Virus record (IMG/VR): IMGVR_UViG_3300023174_000094
Span: 32,001 to 96,000 of that record
From: a virus
DNA: 64,000 bases
Strand: one strand, 5' to 3'
Shown: one piece after another, positions 47,287 through 55,714 of the stretch
Position numbering within the stretch: the stretch's first letter is position 1
How the letters are laid out: each line of letters starts with the position of its first letter
The notes under the pieces: generated by a model
What the model was told of the DNA's origin: nothing
Databases searched by the model: none
The model's input: only the letters and a program-made list of their open reading frames with translations
Position numbers and translations under genes: made by a program

Positions 47287-47660
47287 AGCCAATAGTAGGC
47301 TAAATAAAATATACTAAAATTCCATAAAATATTGGCTAAAATAAATGTGGTGTAACATTAGCTTATAATTTAGATAAAGAATTATATTGGGCTTCCCTAA
47401 AGTTACATGGCTGTAATATTACACGCCCTGAACCAATTTTTGATCCATTCTTTGACCCATTATTTTTTTTAAAAAATACCGAAGAAATGTAATTCCGAAG
47501 GTTTTTTTCGCAACAATTCCCCGATACAATTATTGCTCAATGGGTGACACATATCAGAAACTAATTGCTAATACATTAGCCAAAGTATTATCTTTGGCTA
47601 ATCTTTGGCGTATGTGTGCGCATTTTATTCAGATAAATAATTGTATTCGGAATGGGGTTA
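47287..47660 (+). other. Structured AT-rich non-coding boundary between core and early-type genes
   Basis: No ORF; nested inverted repeats including attagccaaag/ctttggctaat and atacaattatt/aataattgtat. Confidence 0.6.
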
Positions 47661-47666
47661 GCATTT

Positions 47667-48080
47667 ATGTCTAGTAATGTATTTGGTTCATTAGTTGGGT
47701 ATAGTGTAAAAGATAAAAATCAGATATATGGTAAGGTTACTGAAGTTGTTGAGTATGACGAAAATAATCAACATTTTATTCTTGCTGTATTAGATACAGG
47801 TAAAGCAATGCATATTTCTACTGTTGCTAAATTGTTTGCACTTCAGGATATGTATTTACTCAAGCGTGATGGTGATTATATTGTTTATGCCTACACTAAA
47901 GATGCTCATGTGTCTAAGGCTAAATTTGGTCCTCAGCGTAAGCGTATTGTTTCACCTTGTGTTACGGGTAATATAAACAATACGGCAACTATTGGTGATG
48001 AGACAATAAATATCACTTCACATATTAGTTCAGGTAATCCAGTCTATTATAATAAGCAAACAATGGGAGAAAACAAGTGA
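47667..48080 (+). CDS. Hypothetical protein
   Basis: First ORF of the short-gene region. Confidence 0.6.
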   Translation: MSSNVFGSLVGYSVKDKNQIYGKVTEVVEYDENNQHFILAVLDTGKAMHISTVAKLFALQDMYLLKRDGDYIVYAYTKDAHVSKAKFGPQRKRIVSPCVTGNINNTATIGDETINITSHISSGNPVYYNKQTMGENK

Positions 48081-48292
48081 ATATGGAATCACTTTACTAT
48101 TACATTAGCAATCGGCTAAATCGTTTGTATATGCAAAAGAATAGAGGTTTGATTACTCATTTAGAATTCTATGCAGAACAGCAAATGATTTTACTTGCAT
48201 TTAGTAATGGGATCAAAGATAACCTTACTGAAAAGATTAAGCAAGATATTCAAGAAAAGCATCTGTTAAAAATAGAAAGCGAGTTACAATAA
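48077..48292 (+). CDS. Hypothetical protein
   Basis: SD GGGAG, GTGA overlap. Confidence 0.6.
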   Translation: MNMESLYYYISNRLNRLYMQKNRGLITHLEFYAEQQMILLAFSNGIKDNLTEKIKQDIQEKHLLKIESELQ

Positions 48293-48609
48293 TGCAATTT
48301 GAAATTATTGACGAATCAGATATTCTTACTGTTCGTAGTGAGAAAAAAGTAAAAGCTAATTTTGACGGTGGTACTTGGTCAAAAGAAAAGACTTATAGAA
48401 CTTATTGGACAAATGAAGATCAAGAGTTTCTCCAGTCTTTGATTAGAATAAAAGTTATTCGTATGAATAACAAAAACAAAACTGCTATTCTTGACGAAAT
48501 TGTTGAGTTTAGATTATTGAAAAAAATATACGCTGAAGCCTTAGTGAAAGAATTTATCTTTCACGAGGCTAATTTTATTATATACGCTGATCAAAAGATT
48601 GGAGAATGA
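48292..48609 (+). CDS. Hypothetical protein
   Basis: TAATG coupling. Confidence 0.6.
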   Translation: MQFEIIDESDILTVRSEKKVKANFDGGTWSKEKTYRTYWTNEDQEFLQSLIRIKVIRMNNKNKTAILDEIVEFRLLKKIYAEALVKEFIFHEANFIIYADQKIGE

Positions 48610-48798
48610 GTGGAGTATAAAAATCAACTATTGAATGAGCTTGAGAAATTATCAAGCCTTTTAGATATTCCTTTTGCTCGTAGAAAGGATTATCGTTGGA
48701 TTATGCGTAATGTTGCGATAAACAATACGGATGATAAAAAAATAAAAAAAGTAATTAGCATTTGTCAACTACTAATGAAAGATGAAACTAATGGCTAA
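48610..48798 (+). CDS. Hypothetical protein
   Basis: SD GGAG; abutting ORF. Confidence 0.6.
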   Translation: MEYKNQLLNELEKLSSLLDIPFARRKDYRWIMRNVAINNTDDKKIKKVISICQLLMKDETNG

Positions 48799-49024
48799 CT
48801 GTATATATTGCTTGTCGGAATATATTAACGAACGATATGAAGCAGGTTATGAATACTGTTTAGATGAGAAATGCCAAAAGATTGGTCTTGATGTTTCAGA
48901 ACGGGAATTTAGAAAGATTTATACTCCTGCTCTACTTCACAAATGTAATTACTTTTGGGTTAAGAAAACAGAACTAAAATCATTGAATGTTAGAGCAGAC
49001 TTACTAGAACAGAAAGAGGATTAA
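48791..49024 (+). CDS. Cys-rich hypothetical protein
   Basis: CIYC...ER...GYEYC....C. Confidence 0.6.
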   Translation: MANCIYCLSEYINERYEAGYEYCLDEKCQKIGLDVSEREFRKIYTPALLHKCNYFWVKKTELKSLNVRADLLEQKED

Positions 49025-49026
49025 AA

Positions 49027-49218
49027 ATGAATTGGTTTGAAGAAAACGATAGCAAAAATAATCACCCTGCAATGAAGAAATCAAATAAGCTTACTCGTGA
49101 AAATCATGAAAAAGTTTCAATTTACGACTGGGCTTTGGATTTAGATATGAATCCAGATTGGCAAGTATGGCAGAATGAAATAAATGAATACTTTGGAAAT
49201 CAGGGATGGAATAGGTAA
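49027..49218 (+). CDS. Hypothetical protein
   Basis: SD GAGGA. Confidence 0.6.
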   Translation: MNWFEENDSKNNHPAMKKSNKLTRENHEKVSIYDWALDLDMNPDWQVWQNEINEYFGNQGWNR

Positions 49219-49595
49219 TGGATACAATAATCTTAACAAAAAATGATTGGGTTGAGTGTGACGGTTGTGGTGAAAAAATCGCTCCCGTATTCTGGAATAG
49301 AACATTTAATAAAGAAACAAAAACATATTCAAATGATGAAACTATGGAATTTACTTTTGAAGGTAGAGAGCCTGAACTTATTGTAGAGCAAATAAGTCAA
49401 GGTTTAACTTTTGAATTATGTGGTGGTTATGGTGAGTTTTTTGATTGCATGTCAGAAGATGATGTAATTAAAATAAATGCTTGTCATGACTGTGCAGCAA
49501 AAATGTTTTCTTTGTTTTATAGAAAAACAAACAATTTGACTGGACTTCACCCTTCAGATAAGGATGATGATATGTGTTGTGGATGGGGTTGGTAA
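49218..49595 (+). CDS. Zn-finger-like hypothetical protein
   Basis: CDGC...GGYGEFFD...CHDC. Confidence 0.65.
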   Translation: MDTIILTKNDWVECDGCGEKIAPVFWNRTFNKETKTYSNDETMEFTFEGREPELIVEQISQGLTFELCGGYGEFFDCMSEDDVIKINACHDCAAKMFSLFYRKTNNLTGLHPSDKDDDMCCGWGW

Positions 49596-49726
49596 TGGAT
49601 TTTCAATGTCAAGAATGTTTTGAATTCTTTGAAGATGGGGTTATGCCTTGTCCTATTTGTGGAAGTGATGTTGTAGTTCCAGTTGATTTTATTACTTCTC
49701 AAACCGATTGGGAAGACGGTTATTAA
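49595..49726 (+). CDS. Small Zn-ribbon protein (43 aa)
   Basis: Read manually: MDFQCQECFEFFEDGVMPCPICGS. Confidence 0.6.
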   Translation: MDFQCQECFEFFEDGVMPCPICGSDVVVPVDFITSQTDWEDGY

Positions 49727-49795
49727 ATGGATCACATCTTACTTTTAGCAATGCTTTTATTAATATTCACAATTTTAATTAAGGATAAGTTATGA
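49727..49795 (+). CDS. Tiny hydrophobic peptide (22 aa)
   Basis: MDHILLLAMLLLIFTILIKDKL; tiles the gap exactly. Confidence 0.45.
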   Translation: MDHILLLAMLLLIFTILIKDKL

Positions 49796-49935
49796 AAGAG
49801 AAAAAAGTAAAGAAACTGCAATGGGTAAAAGTAAAGTCCGAACCGCAATATTATTGGACTAAAGAAAACGGTTGGAATAATAAAAAAGATATGCCAGAAG
49901 AATATTGGAAAATCATAGAAATTGGAGAGGAATAA
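49792..49935 (+). CDS. Small hypothetical protein (47 aa)
   Basis: SD AAGGA; MKEKKVKKLQWVKVK... Confidence 0.55.
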   Translation: MKEKKVKKLQWVKVKSEPQYYWTKENGWNNKKDMPEEYWKIIEIGEE

Positions 49936-49936
49936 A

Positions 49937-50272
49937 ATGTTAGATTATCTTAATTTAGGATGTACACCTTCAGATGAAGATTGTGCTCAAGTTGGTAGTC
50001 CTGATTATGAAAATCGGGCTAATAAAGAATTGGATGCATATAAAGCTCAGCTTGAGCGTATGTTTCCAGGTTTAGAAACTCATAAGCATATGCAATTCAA
50101 AAAAGTATGGTTTCCACATGACTTTGGTTCATATGGAGAAATTGTAATTACTTATGATGCTGATAACGAATTGGAATCTGCAACAGCAATTGAAATTGAA
50201 TGGAATACCCCAACTAATTGGGATCAAGAAGCAATTAAAGAATTAAACTTAACAAACAATGGAGGAAAGTAA
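49937..50272 (+). CDS. Conserved phage hypothetical protein
   Basis: G.TP.DEDCAQVG...FPHDFGSY.E motif. Confidence 0.65.
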   Translation: MLDYLNLGCTPSDEDCAQVGSPDYENRANKELDAYKAQLERMFPGLETHKHMQFKKVWFPHDFGSYGEIVITYDADNELESATAIEIEWNTPTNWDQEAIKELNLTNNGGK

Positions 50273-50273
50273 A

Positions 50274-50741
50274 ATGAAAACTATAGACGATAACACACTA
50301 GAAATTATTACTGAAAATATTCAAAATTCGCTTGATCCTAACTTTGATATGGGTCAAGCAATTGCATATGGTGTTTTAGTAAATAATGATTTGACTGTGC
50401 AAATGGAACAGATTGCGTCAAATGGAGATGTTTACGATATGCTTTACGATAACCCAGTGCTTTCATCTCAAGTTAAGAATTATGATTTTCTTACATTTGC
50501 AACTTGTGGTTGGGCTGCACCTATTAGTGAAGATAATGATGAGTATAGCGATTTAGCTCCGTCTAAGCATCCAAAGAAGCGTAGAGTTCGCCTTTTGGTT
50601 TCAGCTAATACTGCACTTCAATTTGGTAGTTCTATTACATTTAATGATGATTTAGAAAATCCAATTTTTGATTATGGTGGTGCTAGAGGTTCACTTGCAG
50701 AAGCAATTGAAGATTTGATCAAACAAGGGATTGAGGATTAA
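50274..50741 (+). CDS. Hypothetical protein
   Basis: SD GGAGG; TCGWAAP...PS.HP..RRVRL. Confidence 0.65.
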   Translation: MKTIDDNTLEIITENIQNSLDPNFDMGQAIAYGVLVNNDLTVQMEQIASNGDVYDMLYDNPVLSSQVKNYDFLTFATCGWAAPISEDNDEYSDLAPSKHPKKRRVRLLVSANTALQFGSSITFNDDLENPIFDYGGARGSLAEAIEDLIKQGIED

Positions 50742-51433
50742 TGGGAGATTATGTTTTAAATATTGAAAAGTATGCAAAAATGGCAACTGAAAAACCTCAA
50801 GACTTTGGTTATTGGGGCAGTTCAGATATGTTTGATACTTGGGGTTTCACTAATATTGATCAAAATAGAGACTCTGATGTATTAGAAAAAGCAAACTTTA
50901 AATATATTACTGAAGATTTGATGGGGTCATTCCCTGAAGATTATAGAATTGAAACTTATAATCATTGGGCTGTAGGTTCAGTTGATAGATTAGTTTGTCG
51001 TATCTATGAAGAAGATAGAAAGACTGTTGCATTGCCATTTCTTTTGGCAATGGAATGGTTAGACAAACTGGATGACTATCCAGTTGCTGATGAAGATACA
51101 TATCAAGATATGGTTGATAGTGACAATGTAGATAGCCTAGATTTTTGGAATTATCTAAATCCTGGGTTTATTGATACAAATAAATCTGAATATTGGGCTT
51201 CGGATATTCTTTATGAACTAGAAGTAAATATGAATATTGAAGTTCGTTTTGATCACGGTACTCCAAAAGATGAAGATGTCATTCGGGCTATTTATAATCT
51301 TAAATATTGGAATCCAGAAAAGTTTATGGAATGGTATCGGTTCTGTGATGATAATGAATTAGAACGACCTCCATTTACTGCTAATGAAATATCTAAATAT
51401 GATAGTACTCAACCAGCATTGGAGTTTGAATGA
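50741..51433 (+). CDS. Hypothetical acidic protein
   Basis: RDSD.LE.ANF...HWAVG...L.DYPV.DE motif. Confidence 0.65.
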   Translation: MGDYVLNIEKYAKMATEKPQDFGYWGSSDMFDTWGFTNIDQNRDSDVLEKANFKYITEDLMGSFPEDYRIETYNHWAVGSVDRLVCRIYEEDRKTVALPFLLAMEWLDKLDDYPVADEDTYQDMVDSDNVDSLDFWNYLNPGFIDTNKSEYWASDILYELEVNMNIEVRFDHGTPKDEDVIRAIYNLKYWNPEKFMEWYRFCDDNELERPPFTANEISKYDSTQPALEFE

Positions 51434-51681
51434 TAGTAACAGTAACAAATCTTAATTCATCAATGCTTGAAAAATTAACTTATGAACGGGATAACGATTC
51501 AATGTATGGTGAATTATCAGCTATGTTTAAAACTGGCACTACATATTACTATGAACAAATATATGTAGATGACTTTAATAAATTAATAAATACTCCAGGT
51601 TCAACTCCTGGAAAGCAGTTCAAAGCAATTATTGAACAAAAATATACACATTATGACAGAGCACACAAAGGAGAATACTAA
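51430..51681 (+). CDS. KTSC-domain protein
   Basis: SS.L....Y......L...FK.G..Y.Y.......F..L.....S..GK.F. Confidence 0.7.
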   Translation: MIVTVTNLNSSMLEKLTYERDNDSMYGELSAMFKTGTTYYYEQIYVDDFNKLINTPGSTPGKQFKAIIEQKYTHYDRAHKGEY

Positions 51682-52286
51682 TGCCAAACCATTGCAATAA
51701 TACATTGGGTATTACTGGACCAAAAAAAGATATTGAAGAGTTCATTGAACTAGTAACGAATAAAGGTCCAGATAAAGATAAAAATAAATATGAATTATTC
51801 AATAACTTACTACCAATGCCAAAAGAATTGGAAGGAACTGCATCACCATCAAAAGAAGGGAATGTAGATTTAATTGATAAATATGGACATGATAATTGGT
51901 ATGACTGGTGCAATGCTAATTGGGGAACTAAATGGGGCGATTATAGTATTTCATCAGATGGCATTACTCATCTAAAATTATACGAGTATTCAGTTCTTGA
52001 AAATGGTGAAACTGATTATGAGAATCCAGTTGAAAAATTGAATGGTGAATCAAGCATTCATTTTACTTATGATACTGCTTGGGCTCCAGGTTGCAATGAG
52101 TTAGCAAATGCAATTGTAAATAGATTCCCTAATCTAAAAGGATTTATTGCATATGAAGAACCAGGAATGGGATTTGCTGGACAATTAATATTTAAAAATG
52201 GAGAAATTGTTAGCGATGAACAATGGGAATACCATTATACACCAGATGATGTATCAGATATTGACTTTGATTTTTATGGAGAATAG
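51681..52286 (+). CDS. DUF1281 / YubB-like ferredoxin-fold protein
   Basis: MPNHC.N.L, WYDW...NWGTKW, DTAWAP, YEEPGMGFAG. Confidence 0.75.
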   Translation: MPNHCNNTLGITGPKKDIEEFIELVTNKGPDKDKNKYELFNNLLPMPKELEGTASPSKEGNVDLIDKYGHDNWYDWCNANWGTKWGDYSISSDGITHLKLYEYSVLENGETDYENPVEKLNGESSIHFTYDTAWAPGCNELANAIVNRFPNLKGFIAYEEPGMGFAGQLIFKNGEIVSDEQWEYHYTPDDVSDIDFDFYGE

Positions 52287-52288
52287 AG

Positions 52289-52777
52289 ATGGGACTAGAC
52301 AATATACCTAAAGAATATCCATGTATTGATGTTGCAATTAAGGATCAAGATGGTCGTATTGATTGCATTGAAACACAAGTTTGTGGTAAATGTACATGGA
52401 AGAATGAATATGAATCTAATCCAATGGTTAAAGATTCAGTTCCAACAACAGGAATTATGGGAACTGATTGTTGGTATAGAGGAAAATATGGGAATGGACT
52501 AATATCTATGCTTGACGGTGTAGATGATATGTGGCATGAATCTTCGCTTGGCATTTCATTTTATGGAAAAGGTTTTGCTAATGGTGAGGAAGGTATTAGC
52601 TCAGATGAATGTATTTCTATGGCTAATATAATGAAAAATAACACAGAAAAGTTTGCATTTAATGCTAAGCAATTACATCCAGATAATTATGAAGAGTTAA
52701 TTAAGGATTGGATGTACGCAACTTGGTGGTTAGAGTTCGCAGGTGAGTTTTGTGATGGTTCAGCAATTTGGTATTAA
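52289..52777 (+). CDS. Hypothetical protein
   Basis: MGLD start; CWYRGK. Confidence 0.65.
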   Translation: MGLDNIPKEYPCIDVAIKDQDGRIDCIETQVCGKCTWKNEYESNPMVKDSVPTTGIMGTDCWYRGKYGNGLISMLDGVDDMWHESSLGISFYGKGFANGEEGISSDECISMANIMKNNTEKFAFNAKQLHPDNYEELIKDWMYATWWLEFAGEFCDGSAIWY

Positions 52778-52796
52778 TTAACAAAATAGGAGAATA

Positions 52797-53183
52797 ATGT
52801 TTAACGCAGATGATTTTGATAAGCTAGAAGATTCAATGGATACAATGCCTGATGGATTGCTAGATGCTAGTGATTATTATGAGGATATGGAGAAGGTAAC
52901 TGACATCTTATCTGAAATTGATTATGACGATATGGTGTCTAGAATGCATGGAATGATGAAATTAATGAATATTATTTACGGTGAAGATGGTGGTTTATCA
53001 TCTGATCGGGTAAATGGTGTTGTTATTGCTTTGTCTTTTCATGCTGTAAATATTCTTAATTCATTGGAAGATGAAAGCCGAAAAGAGTATTTTGATTTCA
53101 CTAAGAATGATGTTCTGAAACAAATTAAAGATGAAGTATCATCACTTCCATATTGGGATTTGGATGAAACAGATGGAGAATAG
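52797..53183 (+). CDS. Acidic hypothetical protein
   Basis: SD AGGAG; Asp/Glu-rich. Confidence 0.65.
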   Translation: MFNADDFDKLEDSMDTMPDGLLDASDYYEDMEKVTDILSEIDYDDMVSRMHGMMKLMNIIYGEDGGLSSDRVNGVVIALSFHAVNILNSLEDESRKEYFDFTKNDVLKQIKDEVSSLPYWDLDETDGE

Positions 53184-53457
53184 TTGGACAGAAAATGCGC
53201 TTTGCAAAGGAGTGCATCATATTCAATTCTTTTCTGAAGAGATTAGAGAAATTAAAAATGCAAAAATAATGTGTAGTCAATGTCAAGTAGCATCTAATTG
53301 CCTTGTGCAAGCAATAAAGAATCAAGAAATTTATGGTGTTTGGGGTGGTCTTTCACAAAGAGAACGCCGAAAATATCATCGTCTTTATAAAGAAGCTATT
53401 AACCTAGACATTGCAAAGGAGATTGTGATTAAACATGGTAACAAACTCATTAGTTGA
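53173..53457 (+). CDS. whiB: WhiB-family transcription factor
   Basis: W...ALC...FF...AK..C..C.V...C...YGVWGGLS.RERR. Confidence 0.9.
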   Translation: MENSWTENALCKGVHHIQFFSEEIREIKNAKIMCSQCQVASNCLVQAIKNQEIYGVWGGLSQRERRKYHRLYKEAINLDIAKEIVIKHGNKLIS

Positions 53458-53614
53458 AAAATCATTTAGGTTGCGTGTTGTTAAAGATATTTATGTAAAT
53501 CTTAGAGATATTGAAGAGGCAGAACAAATTGCGGATTTGATTGCATCTAGAGAATCACAAATAACAACATTTGGGAAAATGACTTCTGTTTATACAGAGG
53601 TATCGTCAGTTTAA
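53435..53614 (+). CDS. Hypothetical protein (59 aa)
   Basis: Read manually: MVTNSLVEKSFRLRVVKDIYV...; SD AAGGAG. Confidence 0.55.
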   Translation: MVTNSLVEKSFRLRVVKDIYVNLRDIEEAEQIADLIASRESQITTFGKMTSVYTEVSSV

Positions 53615-53620
53615 TAGATT

Positions 53621-53656
53621 TGGGGTTAGGTTAGGCTGATCACTAACCTAACCCCA
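53621..53656. repeat. Perfect 14-bp inverted repeat (terminator or processing hairpin)
   Basis: tggggttaggttag-gctgatca-ctaacctaacccca. Confidence 0.75.
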
Positions 53657-53679
53657 TTAAGGAAAGATTGGAGAAATCT

Positions 53680-54057
53680 ATGAGTAATTATCCACCTGGG
53701 GTTACTGGCAATGAATATGAAATTGCTGGCGGTAACGAATTTGAAGAGCATTTTGATTGTAGTGCAACTACAGAGTATGTATTGCTTACACAAAGAGAAA
53801 TCTATTATCTCAGTGATTATGCCTTGTCATTGTTTAATGAATTCAAAAGGGCTGGAAATATTAGTGAGTGGTGGATTGAGAATAAGCTAAAACCTTTGAT
53901 GCGTGATTTGAATAGTTTCTACCATTCAGATAACACGGTTGAGAAAGATTGTGATTTCTCTGGAGAAATATTAAAAGAAGAATTTAGAGGAACAGTTTAC
54001 TTTGAATGTCCTAAATGTGAAAAGGGTTATGAAGAAGATGCGTATCACGGTGAATAA
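53680..54057 (+). CDS. Hypothetical protein with C-terminal CxxC
   Basis: MSNYPPGVTGNEYEIAG; CPKC. Confidence 0.65.
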   Translation: MSNYPPGVTGNEYEIAGGNEFEEHFDCSATTEYVLLTQREIYYLSDYALSLFNEFKRAGNISEWWIENKLKPLMRDLNSFYHSDNTVEKDCDFSGEILKEEFRGTVYFECPKCEKGYEEDAYHGE

Positions 54058-54151
54058 TGCATACTCAAATTTGCAATATATTGGTTAAAAAATTGTTGGT
54101 GTTTCATTATATAAACGATTATCCGATGCTTTATATCGGGGAGGTAAAAGT

Positions 54152-54655
54152 ATGAGTATAACTGAAGAAATTAGTTTTAAAGGGATTAGGAATGCGAATT
54201 TTAATTGTGATTTTATTCCTGATGCGTTTATAACACAAGAAGGAAATTGTGGTGTAAATGTAAAAAACCATACAATGCGTTTTCATCCAAGCATTGAAGA
54301 TGAATTAGGCGGACATATTTATAATTGGCTTCATTCTAGCTTTTGGAATAAAGTTCAAGAAATTGGTTACGCTTGTGGTTACGATCATGTTCAGGCTTCA
54401 GGTAGAAGTGAAGGTTGGGCTTGCCCTGGTAATTTTTATACAGATGATCAGTATGGTAAGCGATTCTATTATATTAAACCTCCAGCATTGAATGGTCAAA
54501 CAGATATGCCTTTGAAAGACATTATCTTGATTGAAAGATTTAATTCATTTTCATTCTATGTGAAGCAATTGCATAAGATGATCTTGATTGAAATGCAAAA
54601 AATAACAACACAAAAACAATTACAAGAACTAGTTAAGGAGATTGAAAGCCTATGA
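54152..54655 (+). CDS. Hypothetical protein
   Basis: SD GGAGGT; GRS.GW motif. Confidence 0.65.
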   Translation: MSITEEISFKGIRNANFNCDFIPDAFITQEGNCGVNVKNHTMRFHPSIEDELGGHIYNWLHSSFWNKVQEIGYACGYDHVQASGRSEGWACPGNFYTDDQYGKRFYYIKPPALNGQTDMPLKDIILIERFNSFSFYVKQLHKMILIEMQKITTQKQLQELVKEIESL

Positions 54656-55044
54656 GTAAACAGTTGAGTTGCAAAGAGCGTATTGAAGAAGAATATCGTA
54701 GAGCTGATGATTACATTGAGCTTATGTTCAAGGTATTGGATAACTATGAGTTTGATGAAGACGATGAAGATGATAAGAAGCAATTGCAAGAAATTGAAGA
54801 TGATGGCATTGATGAAGGAACAATTCATGAATACGCTGCAGGTACAAGTATGGAAAAACTTCTAACAATTGTATTGAGTGGTGGTGGTCCATCTTCACAT
54901 ATAGAAGCAATTATAGATGAAGATGGATATGTGAAATCAGCAACATATCACTTTCTAGATTGGTTTGATGGTGCAACAAGAAAAATCTCTGAAGATTCAG
55001 CAATGTTTAGGTATGTTCAATGGGAAGCAGAAAGGTACATGTAA
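54652..55044 (+). CDS. Acidic hypothetical protein
   Basis: LSGGGPS...Y.FLDWFDGA motif. Confidence 0.65.
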   Translation: MSKQLSCKERIEEEYRRADDYIELMFKVLDNYEFDEDDEDDKKQLQEIEDDGIDEGTIHEYAAGTSMEKLLTIVLSGGGPSSHIEAIIDEDGYVKSATYHFLDWFDGATRKISEDSAMFRYVQWEAERYM

Positions 55045-55703
55045 TGACAATGGAATTTCTTGAAAAAACAGATGCAGCTGGAAATCAAATATACACAACT
55101 AAAACAGGAGAGAAAATAAATATGGAACCAGTAGAAACAAAGAATAAAGATGTCGTTGCAACAATGACATTCCCCGCAGAACAGTTAATTGAAATGTTTA
55201 AAGACTACACAATGACTGAGGACCAGGTTGAGGAATTGATTGGTAATTACGATTATGATAGCGTAATTGAATCAGCAATTGACAATGTTGACTGGAACGA
55301 TAAGGTTACAGATGTCCTTAGCGATATCATGGTAGAAGATTATTTGGACATGGATACTATCAAAGACAATGTAACTGAAAGCCTTGATTATAGCGATATT
55401 GCTCGTGAAGTCAAAGATTATTTAGATGAACCTGATGCTATAGCATTAGCTGAAGAATTGCTTACATCTTTTAATTATGATAGTCCTTGCCATACTGGTA
55501 GTCTATATATCAAATCAGTAGAATCAATTATTGAAGGCTATATGAAGAAGCAAACAAATGCTATTCCTGAAGTAACAACTACTGAGGATAATCAAATTGT
55601 TCTTCGTTCGTTTACCATGAAAGAAATTATTGAAGTTCTAGATGGTCTTCAATATACTGAATACAATAAGAATCGTGTCCTTGCAAGATTAGCAGAAAAA
55701 TAG
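55044..55703 (+). CDS. Highly acidic protein with short helical repeats (alternative start 55122)
   Basis: D/E-rich quasi-repeats of about 13 aa. Confidence 0.65.
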   Translation: MTMEFLEKTDAAGNQIYTTKTGEKINMEPVETKNKDVVATMTFPAEQLIEMFKDYTMTEDQVEELIGNYDYDSVIESAIDNVDWNDKVTDVLSDIMVEDYLDMDTIKDNVTESLDYSDIAREVKDYLDEPDAIALAEELLTSFNYDSPCHTGSLYIKSVESIIEGYMKKQTNAIPEVTTTEDNQIVLRSFTMKEIIEVLDGLQYTEYNKNRVLARLAEK

Positions 55704-55714
55704 AAAGGTTGAAA

